A DNA stretch of 64,000 nucleotides from Phaeocystidibacter marisrubri (lineage in GTDB: Bacteria > Bacteroidota > Bacteroidia > Flavobacteriales > Schleiferiaceae). The notes below the pieces were generated by a model. That model searched no databases. It saw only the letters and a program-made list of their open reading frames with translations, and was not told the origin of the DNA. Made by a program: the position numbers and the translations under genes. Positions 56,138 through 64,000 of this stretch are shown in pieces. The stretch covers positions 207,569 to 271,568 of the forward strand of contig NZ_WBVQ01000002.1 of assembly GCF_008933165.1 (NCBI RefSeq). The letters run 5' to 3'. Positions within the stretch are counted from its first letter, which is position 1. Each line of letters begins with the position of its first letter.

Positions 56138-57010
56138 ATGATAAAATTTGCAGCCTTTCTGCTAATCATCTCGCCAATCTATTCCTTCGCTCAGGCTACA
56201 TTTGATGAGCTTCTGGAGGAAACGAATTACTTAATCACTGACTATGAAAGGCTGAGTCCATGGGTGGCCTTCTACCCGCTCGATTCATTGCATATTTCTC
56301 CTCGCCACATGGATGAACTAGAAGCCGATTTCGAAAGCTTATCTGACAGCGTGGAGACGATAAACCTCATCTATTACTACCATGAATGGATTTTTGAGAA
56401 CCTGACATCGCTTGTCGCCTTGGATGAGTTTGGTCAATTGGAAATGACTAAGGCCTTCGCTTCTTCATTACAAGTCGCCTCCTCTCCCGATCAAAATCTG
56501 GTGAGCTTCAACTTAGATGAAAAAACAGGAGGATCTTATCGCTCCAGAATGAGTCTACTCATCTTTCGACCTTCGGAATTTTCAGATGGATATCAGATTC
56601 TTTCGGAAGGCCCAACGGATGGATATACCGCCATTCACCAATTGGAATCCACTTCAGGAACTAAGTACTTACTTAAGGGAGAAGTTATGGGTTGCAATAC
56701 TTGCTTTGAATCCTATGTTGATCTTGTACGCATTGACAGCGCTTCATTCGTTTATGAACTGAACCTACACGTGATAGCAAGAAGCTTCAATGAAGGGGTG
56801 AGCTATGATGCTAACACTAAAATTCTCTCTATCAACTATCACTTAAATGATCTCTTCCAAGAAGTGATTTGTCCCCTAAATCGAGAAGAACAACAACTGT
56901 ATGAACATGCAAACACCGCAGATTACGATACGTTCTACAGATGCAATTGCTCCTACCAATGGAAGGGTGAAACATTCGAATTGATCCAATCTTCCTTCGT
57001 ACAAGACTAG
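56138..57010 (+). CDS. Secreted hypothetical protein
   Basis: The internal ATG at 56138 gives a signal peptide (MIKFAAFLLIISPIYSFAQA). I recognise no domain. Confidence 0.4.
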   Translation: MIKFAAFLLIISPIYSFAQATFDELLEETNYLITDYERLSPWVAFYPLDSLHISPRHMDELEADFESLSDSVETINLIYYYHEWIFENLTSLVALDEFGQLEMTKAFASSLQVASSPDQNLVSFNLDEKTGGSYRSRMSLLIFRPSEFSDGYQILSEGPTDGYTAIHQLESTSGTKYLLKGEVMGCNTCFESYVDLVRIDSASFVYELNLHVIARSFNEGVSYDANTKILSINYHLNDLFQEVICPLNREEQQLYEHANTADYDTFYRCNCSYQWKGETFELIQSSFVQD

Positions 57011-57090
57011 AAGCTGTTGCGAACATTTTCCCTCAACATACCGCAAAACGTGCCTCATCGAACTCAAATTTGAATTCTCAAATCAATTCA

Positions 57091-57098
57091 TACATTTG
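57091..57098 (+). promoter_or_regulatory. Putative his operon promoter: -7 element TACATTTG with a TTG at -33 (57070-57072)
   Basis: It matches TAnnTTTG, with TTG 21 nt upstream, and lies 20 nt before the leader ATG. Confidence 0.4.
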
Positions 57099-57117
57099 CA
57101 CTTCACAACATAGAGAA

Positions 57118-57174
57118 ATGTCTTTTAGTCAAAACCATCATCATCATTTTCATACTTGCCATCAGGCGAGGTGA
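57118..57174 (+). CDS. hisL: His operon leader peptide MSFSQNHHHHFHTCHQAR
   Basis: An 18-codon ORF with 6 His codons, four of them consecutive (CAT CAT CAT CAT … CAT … CAT). It lies between the promoter and the terminator hairpin, upstream of hisG. Confidence 0.6.
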   Translation: MSFSQNHHHHFHTCHQAR

Positions 57175-57212
57175 GAATGATATGTATTGACCTCCACAAT
57201 ATTTTTCATCAA

Positions 57213-57242
57213 CCCGTCTGAGCAATCAGACGGGTTTTTTTA
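57213..57242 (+). terminator. Attenuator terminator of the his leader
   Basis: The stem CCCGTCTG/CAGACGGG has loop AGCAAT and is followed by T8, 39 nt before the hisG ATG. An alternative upstream hairpin GAGGT…ACCTC at 57168-57194 overlaps the leader stop codon. Confidence 0.6.
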
Positions 57243-57280
57243 TTTCCGATTCGGGTTGTTCAGACATTTTCTAAACTTTC

Positions 57281-58138
57281 ATGAACACCCTGAAAATTGC
57301 CATCCAAAAGAGTGGCAGATTAAATGAAGACTCCCTAAGGCTTCTCCGCAGTTGTGGAATTGCCGTAGACAATGGCACCGATCAGCTGAAGGTCACCACA
57401 CCCAACTTCCCGCTGGAGATTTTCTATTTGCGGAACTCCGACATCCCTCAGTATCTAGAAGATGGAGTTGTGGATGTTGGAATCATTGGCAAAAACCTCT
57501 TGGTGGAATCAGGCTCCAACGTTCGCGTGGTAGAAAGACTGGGATTCGCCAGATGTCGGCTATCGCTCGCCATCCCAAAAAGTGCAGTCGGTTCTGAAGT
57601 AACCTATTTTGAAGGTAGAAAGATCGCGACCTCTTACCCCAACACAACCTCTGCCTATTTGCGGTCTAAGAATGTTGTTGCTGAAATCCACGAAATTTCT
57701 GGATCGGTGGAAATTGCGCCAAACATTGGTCTGGCAGATGGCATTTGTGATTTGGTGAGCTCTGGATCTACTCTCTTTAAGAATAATCTAAAGGAAATTG
57801 AAACCGTGGCCACTTCTGAAGCGGTTCTAGCCTGTGCACCTATCATCACTGAAACGGCTAAAGAAATCCTAGACAAGCTCTTGTTTAGAATCAAGGCCGT
57901 TCAACGCGCAAAAAACTCAAAATACATCTTGCTCAACGTCCCCAACGAGAAGATAGCCGCTGTCAGTTCCATTCTTCCTGTCCTTAGATCTCCAACGGTC
58001 CTCCCCCTTTCTGAACCGGGTTGGAGTTCTCTGCACTCGGTAATTGACGAACAAAAGTTTTGGGATGTCATCGATGAATTGAAGCGCGCTGGAGCTGAAG
58101 ACATTCTCATTGTTCCCATTGATAAAATGGTCTTGTAA
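57281..58138 (+). CDS. hisG: ATP phosphoribosyltransferase (long form)
   Basis: MNTLKIAIQKSGRLNEDSLRLL…, 285 aa, with a C-terminal regulatory domain. Confidence 0.9.
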   Translation: MNTLKIAIQKSGRLNEDSLRLLRSCGIAVDNGTDQLKVTTPNFPLEIFYLRNSDIPQYLEDGVVDVGIIGKNLLVESGSNVRVVERLGFARCRLSLAIPKSAVGSEVTYFEGRKIATSYPNTTSAYLRSKNVVAEIHEISGSVEIAPNIGLADGICDLVSSGSTLFKNNLKEIETVATSEAVLACAPIITETAKEILDKLLFRIKAVQRAKNSKYILLNVPNEKIAAVSSILPVLRSPTVLPLSEPGWSSLHSVIDEQKFWDVIDELKRAGAEDILIVPIDKMVL

Positions 58139-59427
58139 TGCAAAAGTTAATCAACCCGAAAAGAAAAGAGTGGGATGCGCTCTGTACTCGTCCTTCCTAC
58201 TCAACTGAATCGCTGACGGAACGCGTTTCGGAAATCATTGCCATGGTTGAAGCACGCGGAGATAAAGCACTCATAGAATTGAGCGCACTATTGGAGGGTG
58301 CCAATTTGAAGAATCTGGCCGTTTCTTCATCAGAAATAGAAGAAGCAAAAGGTTCCATTTCCGAAGACTTGAAGAAAAGCATCGACCTTGCTATTTCAAA
58401 TCTAACCACCTTTCACAGTAGACAGATTCGTCCCGTTGAATACATCACCACCTCCAAAGGCGTAACCTGCTGGCGAAAAGGAGTGGGAATGGAAACCGTA
58501 GGACTCTACATTCCCGGTGGGAGCGCCCCCCTCTTTTCAACCATTCTCATGCTCGGTATACCCGCTAAACTAGCAGGATGTCAAAATCTGATCCTGTGTA
58601 CTCCACCGAATGCCAGCGGAACCATCAATTCCGCCATTCTCTATGCTGCTTCTATCCTAGGTATTCAGCAAATTTTCAAAGTAGGCGGAGCACAAGCCAT
58701 AGCAGCAATGGCTATAGGCACAGAAACCATCCCTAAGGTGAATAAGATATTCGGGCCGGGAAATCAATATGTCACAAAAGCAAAGGAGCTGGTTTCTGTT
58801 CGAGGAACGGCCATCGACATGCCTGCCGGACCAAGCGAAGTCTTGATCATCGCCGATGAATCTTCAGTACCCTCGTATGTAGCCGCCGACCTCCTCTCTC
58901 AAGCGGAGCACGGTCCAGATAGTCAAGTGATACTTCTGTCCACTTCAGATGAAGTACTCAATGAAACACTTTGTGAGGTTGAACGCCAAGTGATGGAACT
59001 GCCAAGATCAGAAACGGCCATGAAAGCGCTAGATAATAGTCGGGGTATACTTCTACGCACATTGGACGATTGCATGCAATTCAGCAATATCTACGCTCCA
59101 GAACACCTCATACTAGCCGTAGAGAAAGCTTCGGCCTACGCTGAAAAAGTAGTGAATGCAGGCTCCGTATTCCTGGGCAACTACAGTTGTGAAAGCGCTG
59201 GAGACTATGCAAGCGGAACAAATCACACTCTGCCAACGAACGGATTTGCCAAAGCCTACAGTGGGGTATCGGTAGACAGTTTCACCAAGTATATCACCTA
59301 CCAAGAACTGTCTCGTGAAGGCATTCAAAATATTGGTCCAGCCATTGAAATAATGGCTGAAGCCGAAGGATTACTCGCCCACAAACGCGCCGTTTCCATC
59401 CGATTAAAAGACGTACAAAATGATTGA
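58138..59427 (+). CDS. hisD: Histidinol dehydrogenase
   Basis: 429 aa with HisD motifs (…GPGNQYVTKAK…, …QAEHGPDSQ…). Its start overlaps the hisG stop codon (TAATG). Confidence 0.9.
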   Translation: MQKLINPKRKEWDALCTRPSYSTESLTERVSEIIAMVEARGDKALIELSALLEGANLKNLAVSSSEIEEAKGSISEDLKKSIDLAISNLTTFHSRQIRPVEYITTSKGVTCWRKGVGMETVGLYIPGGSAPLFSTILMLGIPAKLAGCQNLILCTPPNASGTINSAILYAASILGIQQIFKVGGAQAIAAMAIGTETIPKVNKIFGPGNQYVTKAKELVSVRGTAIDMPAGPSEVLIIADESSVPSYVAADLLSQAEHGPDSQVILLSTSDEVLNETLCEVERQVMELPRSETAMKALDNSRGILLRTLDDCMQFSNIYAPEHLILAVEKASAYAEKVVNAGSVFLGNYSCESAGDYASGTNHTLPTNGFAKAYSGVSVDSFTKYITYQELSREGIQNIGPAIEIMAEAEGLLAHKRAVSIRLKDVQND

Positions 59428-60448
59428 TGTATCACGGTGGGTCCGACCTGCCATTGCCAAACTCACACCATATTCCAGCGCCAGAGATGAGTTCGCAGGA
59501 GATGCTGACGTTTATCTAGACGCAAATGAAAGCCCTTTTGGAGACTACAATCGGTATCCAGATCCAATGCAGAAGCTCCTGAAAGAACAACTCGCAGTGC
59601 AACGTGGCGTTTCAGAAAATCAAATCGTCGTTGGAAATGGAAGCGATGAGATCATTGATTTGATCTTCCGGACATTCTGTGAACCCAGAACCGATGTGGT
59701 AGCTGCTATTTCTCCTTCCTATGGAATGTACGCAGTAACCGCAGCCATTCATGATGTAAAACTGATAGAGCTACCGCTGAACACGGAGTTCGACATCGAC
59801 GAATCCACTCTTGATCTCATCCAAAGCGAAGACCGCATCAAAGCAGTTTTCATGTGTTCTCCCAACAACCCAACGGGAAACCTATTGAGTTCAAAATGGA
59901 TGGAACGAATTCTCAATACAAACCTCCTTGTTGTGATTGATGAAGCCTACATCGATTTTGCGAATGAGAATTCCTGGATTTCTCGGTTGGATGAATTCGA
60001 AAACTTGATCGTGCTTCAAACTTTGAGCAAAGCTTGGGGGTTGGCAAACGCTCGAGTAGGATTGGCCTTTACATCGCCCGTCATTGCCGATTGGATGAAT
60101 CGGGTAAAACCTCCCTACAATGTAAGCGGACTCAATCAGGAAGCCGCCATCCATGCTTTACAAAACCCAACTCAACAAAGGGAAAGAGTGGCTCGAATCA
60201 AATCGGAAAAAACTAGAGTGGAACAATCGCTAGCAGCCTTGGGGTCCGTAGTGAAGATCTATCCCTCTCAAGCCAATTTCATCTTAGTTGAATTCAATAA
60301 TGCCCAGGAAATTTTCAAGCATCTGATGGCAGAAAAAGTAATTGTTCGCGACAGATCATCACTCGTGAAGAACACGCTTCGAATCACCATAGGTAGTCAG
60401 GAAGAAAACACCAGACTGATTGAAACCCTTCAAAAATTAGAATCATGA
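59420..60448 (+). CDS. hisC: Histidinol-phosphate aminotransferase
   Basis: Class II aminotransferase with a PLP lysine in …LSKAWGLA…, 342 aa. Confidence 0.85.
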   Translation: MIDVSRWVRPAIAKLTPYSSARDEFAGDADVYLDANESPFGDYNRYPDPMQKLLKEQLAVQRGVSENQIVVGNGSDEIIDLIFRTFCEPRTDVVAAISPSYGMYAVTAAIHDVKLIELPLNTEFDIDESTLDLIQSEDRIKAVFMCSPNNPTGNLLSSKWMERILNTNLLVVIDEAYIDFANENSWISRLDEFENLIVLQTLSKAWGLANARVGLAFTSPVIADWMNRVKPPYNVSGLNQEAAIHALQNPTQQRERVARIKSEKTRVEQSLAALGSVVKIYPSQANFILVEFNNAQEIFKHLMAEKVIVRDRSSLVKNTLRITIGSQEENTRLIETLQKLES

Positions 60449-61536
60449 AACAGGTCTTGTTTATTGATAGAGATGGTACGCTGGTGGTAGAGCCTCCCAT
60501 CGACAAACAACTCGACAGCCTAGAGAAACTGGAATTCTACCCCGGTGCCTTGCGTTGGCTTTCCGCCATCGCCGAAGAACTCGAATACGAGCTCGTCATG
60601 GTAACCAATCAAGATGGACTTGGGACTTCATCATTTCCTGAAGACACCTTCTGGCCAGCTCAAGATAAAATCATCCAGACGTTTAAAGGAGAAGGCGTGA
60701 GCTTTGACGAAGTTCTCATTGACCGCTCTTTCCCGGAAGATCAAGCCCCCACTAGAAAGCCTAAAACGGGACTATTGAATGCCTATATCTATGGCGAGTA
60801 CGACCTGAGTAAATCCTATGTGATTGGCGATCGATACACGGATCTACAATTGGCTAAGAACCTAGGTTCGAGAGCAATTCTAATCGGAAGTGATGAAAGT
60901 GCTGAGGCGGACCTTGTCACTACTTCTTGGAGAGAGATATATCACTATCTAAAGAAAATACCCCGATCCGCCAAAGTGAGTCGGAGGACAGCGGAAACAC
61001 AAATTGATCTTTCATTGAATCTCGATGGATCTGGAAAGAGCAAGATCAACACGGGAATTGCATTCTACGATCACATGTTAGAGCAAGTGGCCAAGCATGG
61101 GATGATGGATATAGACCTTCAGTGCAAAGGAGACTTGGAAGTAGACGAGCACCACACCATTGAGGACGTGGCCCTCGCTTTAGGAGAAGCATTTGATCGT
61201 GCTTTGGGCCAAAAGAAAGGCATTGAACGCTATGGATTCACCTTGCCCATGGACGATTGCTTGACGACGGTAGCGGTTGATTTCGGGGGAAGACCCTGGT
61301 TAGTGTGGAAGGCTGAATTCAAACGAGAGTTTGTCGGCAAGATGCCAACCGAAATGTTCTATCACTTCTTCAAATCATTCTCAGACACCGCCAAATGTAA
61401 CTTGAACATTGAGGCAATTGGAGAAAACGAACACCACAAGATCGAATCGATTTTCAAGGCCTTTGCAAAGGCGATTAAAATGGCTAAGACGGTAGATAGC
61501 AACTTGGGAATTCCCAGCACAAAAGGACAATTATGA
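60445..61536 (+). CDS. hisB: Bifunctional histidinol-phosphatase / imidazoleglycerol-phosphate dehydratase
   Basis: An N-terminal HAD-type domain (…FIDRDGTL…) is followed by a C-terminal IGPD domain (…[25 protein letters not shown]…). Confidence 0.9.
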   Translation: MKQVLFIDRDGTLVVEPPIDKQLDSLEKLEFYPGALRWLSAIAEELEYELVMVTNQDGLGTSSFPEDTFWPAQDKIIQTFKGEGVSFDEVLIDRSFPEDQAPTRKPKTGLLNAYIYGEYDLSKSYVIGDRYTDLQLAKNLGSRAILIGSDESAEADLVTTSWREIYHYLKKIPRSAKVSRRTAETQIDLSLNLDGSGKSKINTGIAFYDHMLEQVAKHGMMDIDLQCKGDLEVDEHHTIEDVALALGEAFDRALGQKKGIERYGFTLPMDDCLTTVAVDFGGRPWLVWKAEFKREFVGKMPTEMFYHFFKSFSDTAKCNLNIEAIGENEHHKIESIFKAFAKAIKMAKTVDSNLGIPSTKGQL

Positions 61537-62111
61537 TTGCCATTATCAACTACAATGCGGGGAATACCCGGTCGGTGGAGAACGCCTTATCTCGACTAGG
61601 CTACACCTGTACGATCACGAGCTCACTTCAAGAGTTGCAGACAGCTAGCAAAGTGATTTTCCCAGGTGTAGGCGAAGCCCGCTCCGCGATGAAAGTGCTT
61701 AAAGACACGGGCATCGACAAGCTGCTACCCACACTTACACAACCCGTTCTGGGAATCTGTTTGGGAATGCAACTCATGTGTGACTACTCCGAAGAAGGAG
61801 ACACCCGTGGATTAGGCATCTTCCCGATTGTTGTACGTCACTTCCCTCCTTCTCAAAGAGTTCCTCACATGGGCTGGAATACAATGTCCAACTTTCAGAG
61901 CCCATTATTCACCGGCATCACAGAGTCTGATGATTTCTACTTCGTACACAGCTACAAGGCCGATGTCAGTCCGTATACGATAGCAACCTGTGATTACATC
62001 GAGCCTTTTAGTGCGGCCATCAACAAAAACAATTTCTACGCGACCCAATTTCACCCTGAAAAATCAGGAGATGTAGGTATGCAACTTTTGAAAAACTTCA
62101 TCGAATTATGA
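61533..62111 (+). CDS. hisH: Imidazole glycerol phosphate synthase, glutamine amidotransferase subunit
   Basis: [11 protein letters not shown]…GICLGMQL…; class I GATase, 192 aa. Confidence 0.9.
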   Translation: MIAIINYNAGNTRSVENALSRLGYTCTITSSLQELQTASKVIFPGVGEARSAMKVLKDTGIDKLLPTLTQPVLGICLGMQLMCDYSEEGDTRGLGIFPIVVRHFPPSQRVPHMGWNTMSNFQSPLFTGITESDDFYFVHSYKADVSPYTIATCDYIEPFSAAINKNNFYATQFHPEKSGDVGMQLLKNFIEL

Positions 62112-62821
62112 AAATCATTCCTGCTATTGATATTCTAAACGGAAAGTGTGTTCGGCTTACTCAAGGAGATTATGGCAAACCAACTGTTTACAACCAATCG
62201 CCCTTGGAAGTGGCATTAGAACTAGAAGCCAATGGGATACAGCATGTGCACGTGGTAGACCTAGACGGCGCAGCTTCCCAAAAGATTGTCAACCAACGCA
62301 CATTGGAGCAAATTGCCACCCGTACCCGTCTCATTGTGGATTTTGGAGGAGGAATCAAATCTGATGCGGACATCCAGATCGCATTGAATAGCGGTGCCAC
62401 TCAAGTCACCTTAGGAAGCATTGCTGCCCTAGACCGCGAAACGACATTGCGTTGGTTAGAACACTATGGTCCTTCCAAAATGATTCTCGGGGCAGATTTC
62501 AAAAATGGAAGAATTGCCACCAGCGGTTGGAATGAAACATCTTCCCTCGAACTCCTCCCCTTTATTCTCGACTATGAGAACGAAGGAATACAGTCTTGTA
62601 TCTGTACGGACATTTCTAAGGACGGAATGATGGCAGGTCCATCTATGGATATCTACGCGAAAATTCTCCAACAAACCAACGTCGACCTCATTGCCAGTGG
62701 GGGCATCTCATCCCTTTCGGATATAATGGCTCTTTCGAACTTGGGTTGTTTTGGTGCTATTGTAGGCAAAGCCCTCTATGAAGGGAAGATTCGCTTAAAA
62801 GATCTAAGAGAATTATGTTGA
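62108..62821 (+). CDS. hisA: ProFAR isomerase
   Basis: [17 protein letters not shown]…; HisA/HisF (βα)8 fold, 237 aa. Confidence 0.9.
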   Translation: MKIIPAIDILNGKCVRLTQGDYGKPTVYNQSPLEVALELEANGIQHVHVVDLDGAASQKIVNQRTLEQIATRTRLIVDFGGGIKSDADIQIALNSGATQVTLGSIAALDRETTLRWLEHYGPSKMILGADFKNGRIATSGWNETSSLELLPFILDYENEGIQSCICTDISKDGMMAGPSMDIYAKILQQTNVDLIASGGISSLSDIMALSNLGCFGAIVGKALYEGKIRLKDLRELC

Positions 62822-63570
62822 AGAAAAGAATTATTCCTTGCTTGGACATCAAGAGTGGGAGAACCGTAAAAGGGGTCAACTTCAACGATCTGACGGATGC
62901 TGGAGACCCTGTAGAATTGGCGCAACGTTATGCTTTGGAAGGGGCGGACGAGTTAGTCTTTTTGGACATCACGGCAACCAACGAAAAGCGAAAAACATTG
63001 CTGACTATGGTAGAGCGTGTGGCTAGTGAGGTTCACATCCCCTTCACAGTGGGCGGTGGAATCAATACGGTTGAAGATGTTCGGCTTTTATTGGCTGCGG
63101 GAGCGGATAAAGTTTCGATTAACTCTGCGGCGGTTGCAAATCCCCAGTTGATTCGAGAATTGTCCAAAAAATTCGGCTCACAGTGTGTCGTGGTTGCCAT
63201 CGACACCAATTATGACGAAGATGAGAACTGGAGAGTGTATACCCACGGAGGAAAAAGGGCCACTTCTCTTCTAACCATAGATTGGGCATCAGAAGTAGAA
63301 CGATTGGGAGCGGGTGAAATTCTCCTCACCTCTATGAGTAGTGATGGAACCAAAAAAGGATTTGAAGTGGAGTTAACTCGTGCTGTATGCGATGGTGTCA
63401 ATATACCCATCATTGCCTCCGGAGGAGCTGGAAGTGCAGAACACTTCGTGGAACTCTTCACAAAAACTGAAGCCACAGGAGGGCTGGCCGCCAGTGTTTT
63501 CCACTTTGGCATCTTGCCAGTTCCCAATCTGAAATCAACATTAAAGAACTACAATATTCCCATACGATGA
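62815..63570 (+). CDS. hisF: Imidazole glycerol phosphate synthase, cyclase subunit
   Basis: …[19 protein letters not shown]…[12 protein letters not shown]…[10 protein letters not shown]…, 251 aa. Confidence 0.9.
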   Translation: MLKKRIIPCLDIKSGRTVKGVNFNDLTDAGDPVELAQRYALEGADELVFLDITATNEKRKTLLTMVERVASEVHIPFTVGGGINTVEDVRLLLAAGADKVSINSAAVANPQLIRELSKKFGSQCVVVAIDTNYDEDENWRVYTHGGKRATSLLTIDWASEVERLGAGEILLTSMSSDGTKKGFEVELTRAVCDGVNIPIIASGGAGSAEHFVELFTKTEATGGLAASVFHFGILPVPNLKSTLKNYNIPIR

Positions 63571-64000
63571 ATCTCAACTTCAAGAAAGGTGATGGCTTGA
63601 TACCCGTTATCATCCAAAACAACACAACGTCTAAAGTGCTCATGCTTGGCTACATGAACGCAGAAGCCTATCAAAAAACTGCAGAGGAAGGAATCGTCAC
63701 CTTTTACAGCAGATCCAAAAACAGGCTTTGGACCAAAGGTGAAACCTCTGGCAATCAGTTAACCGTTGTGAGCATGACAGAAGACTGTGATTCCGATTGT
63801 CTGCTCATCTCGGTTACCCCATTGGGTCCTACTTGTCACATGGGCACCGAATCCTGCTTTGCAGACCGCAGCGCAAAGGGGTATATCTATCAATTAGAGA
63901 AGACCATCACCCAAAGAATTGACCAATGTGAAAAAGATTCCTATACCTATTCTCTTTTTGAACGAGGAATCAACAAAGTGGCTCAGAAAGTGGGAGAAGA
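63567..64000 (+). CDS. hisIE: Bifunctional phosphoribosyl-AMP cyclohydrolase / phosphoribosyl-ATP pyrophosphatase, truncated at the window end
   Basis: …[25 protein letters not shown]…[18 protein letters not shown]…C…C…H… is HisI, followed by the HisE start (…LEKTITQR…). Its ATG overlaps the hisF stop codon. Confidence 0.8.
   Translation, partial: MNLNFKKGDGLIPVIIQNNTTSKVLMLGYMNAEAYQKTAEEGIVTFYSRSKNRLWTKGETSGNQLTVVSMTEDCDSDCLLISVTPLGPTCHMGTESCFADRSAKGYIYQLEKTITQRIDQCEKDSYTYSLFERGINKVAQKVGE

Overview
This looks like a Bacteroidetes chromosomal segment of about 64 kb, probably Flavobacteriia-like. The evidence is the repeated TAnnTTTG -7 promoter motif, several proteins with Bacteroidetes-type signal peptides, a LytS/LytTR system, TPR hybrid kinases and BNR/VPS10 proteins. 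It is mostly housekeeping and envelope genes. The recognisable content is: rsmD and rdgB; a LytS/LytTR two-component pair followed by a triple-repeat secreted protein; a JmjC-like protein; a SLC13 permease; an OxyR-like LysR regulator; a GNAT/FemAB-like protein, a deacetylase-like protein and wecB; radC; a tandemly duplicated [tRNA-Glu(UUC)–rpsT–terminator] unit; proS; a very unusual aromatic/Arg-Ser-rich disordered lipoprotein co-oriented with a FadL-like outer-membrane barrel; a TPR hybrid sensor kinase; a 1073-aa BNR/VPS10-like protein; a fabH-like gene; folE, cysS, yidD, a TolB-like protein, lgt, a DUF192 protein and a SPFH protein; a cluster of tRNA-derived fragments in a permuted arrangement next to a WYL-domain regulator; an M1 peptidase, HupE/UreJ, a BNR sialidase-like protein, pepE, elbB, gpmI, map, a methyltransferase, a TPR protein, a COG1579-like protein, a Nif3 protein, an S41 protease and rpsA; and a complete hisGDCBHAF(IE) operon preceded by a His-rich leader peptide plus terminator, a classic attenuator. 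I saw no CRISPR array, transposase, integrase or obvious defence genes. The most interesting loci are the permuted tRNA-like cluster with the WYL regulator, the duplicated rpsT/tRNA-Glu units, the disordered lipoprotein/FadL-like pair, and the his attenuator. All identifications rest on motif and family recognition by eye, without database searches.
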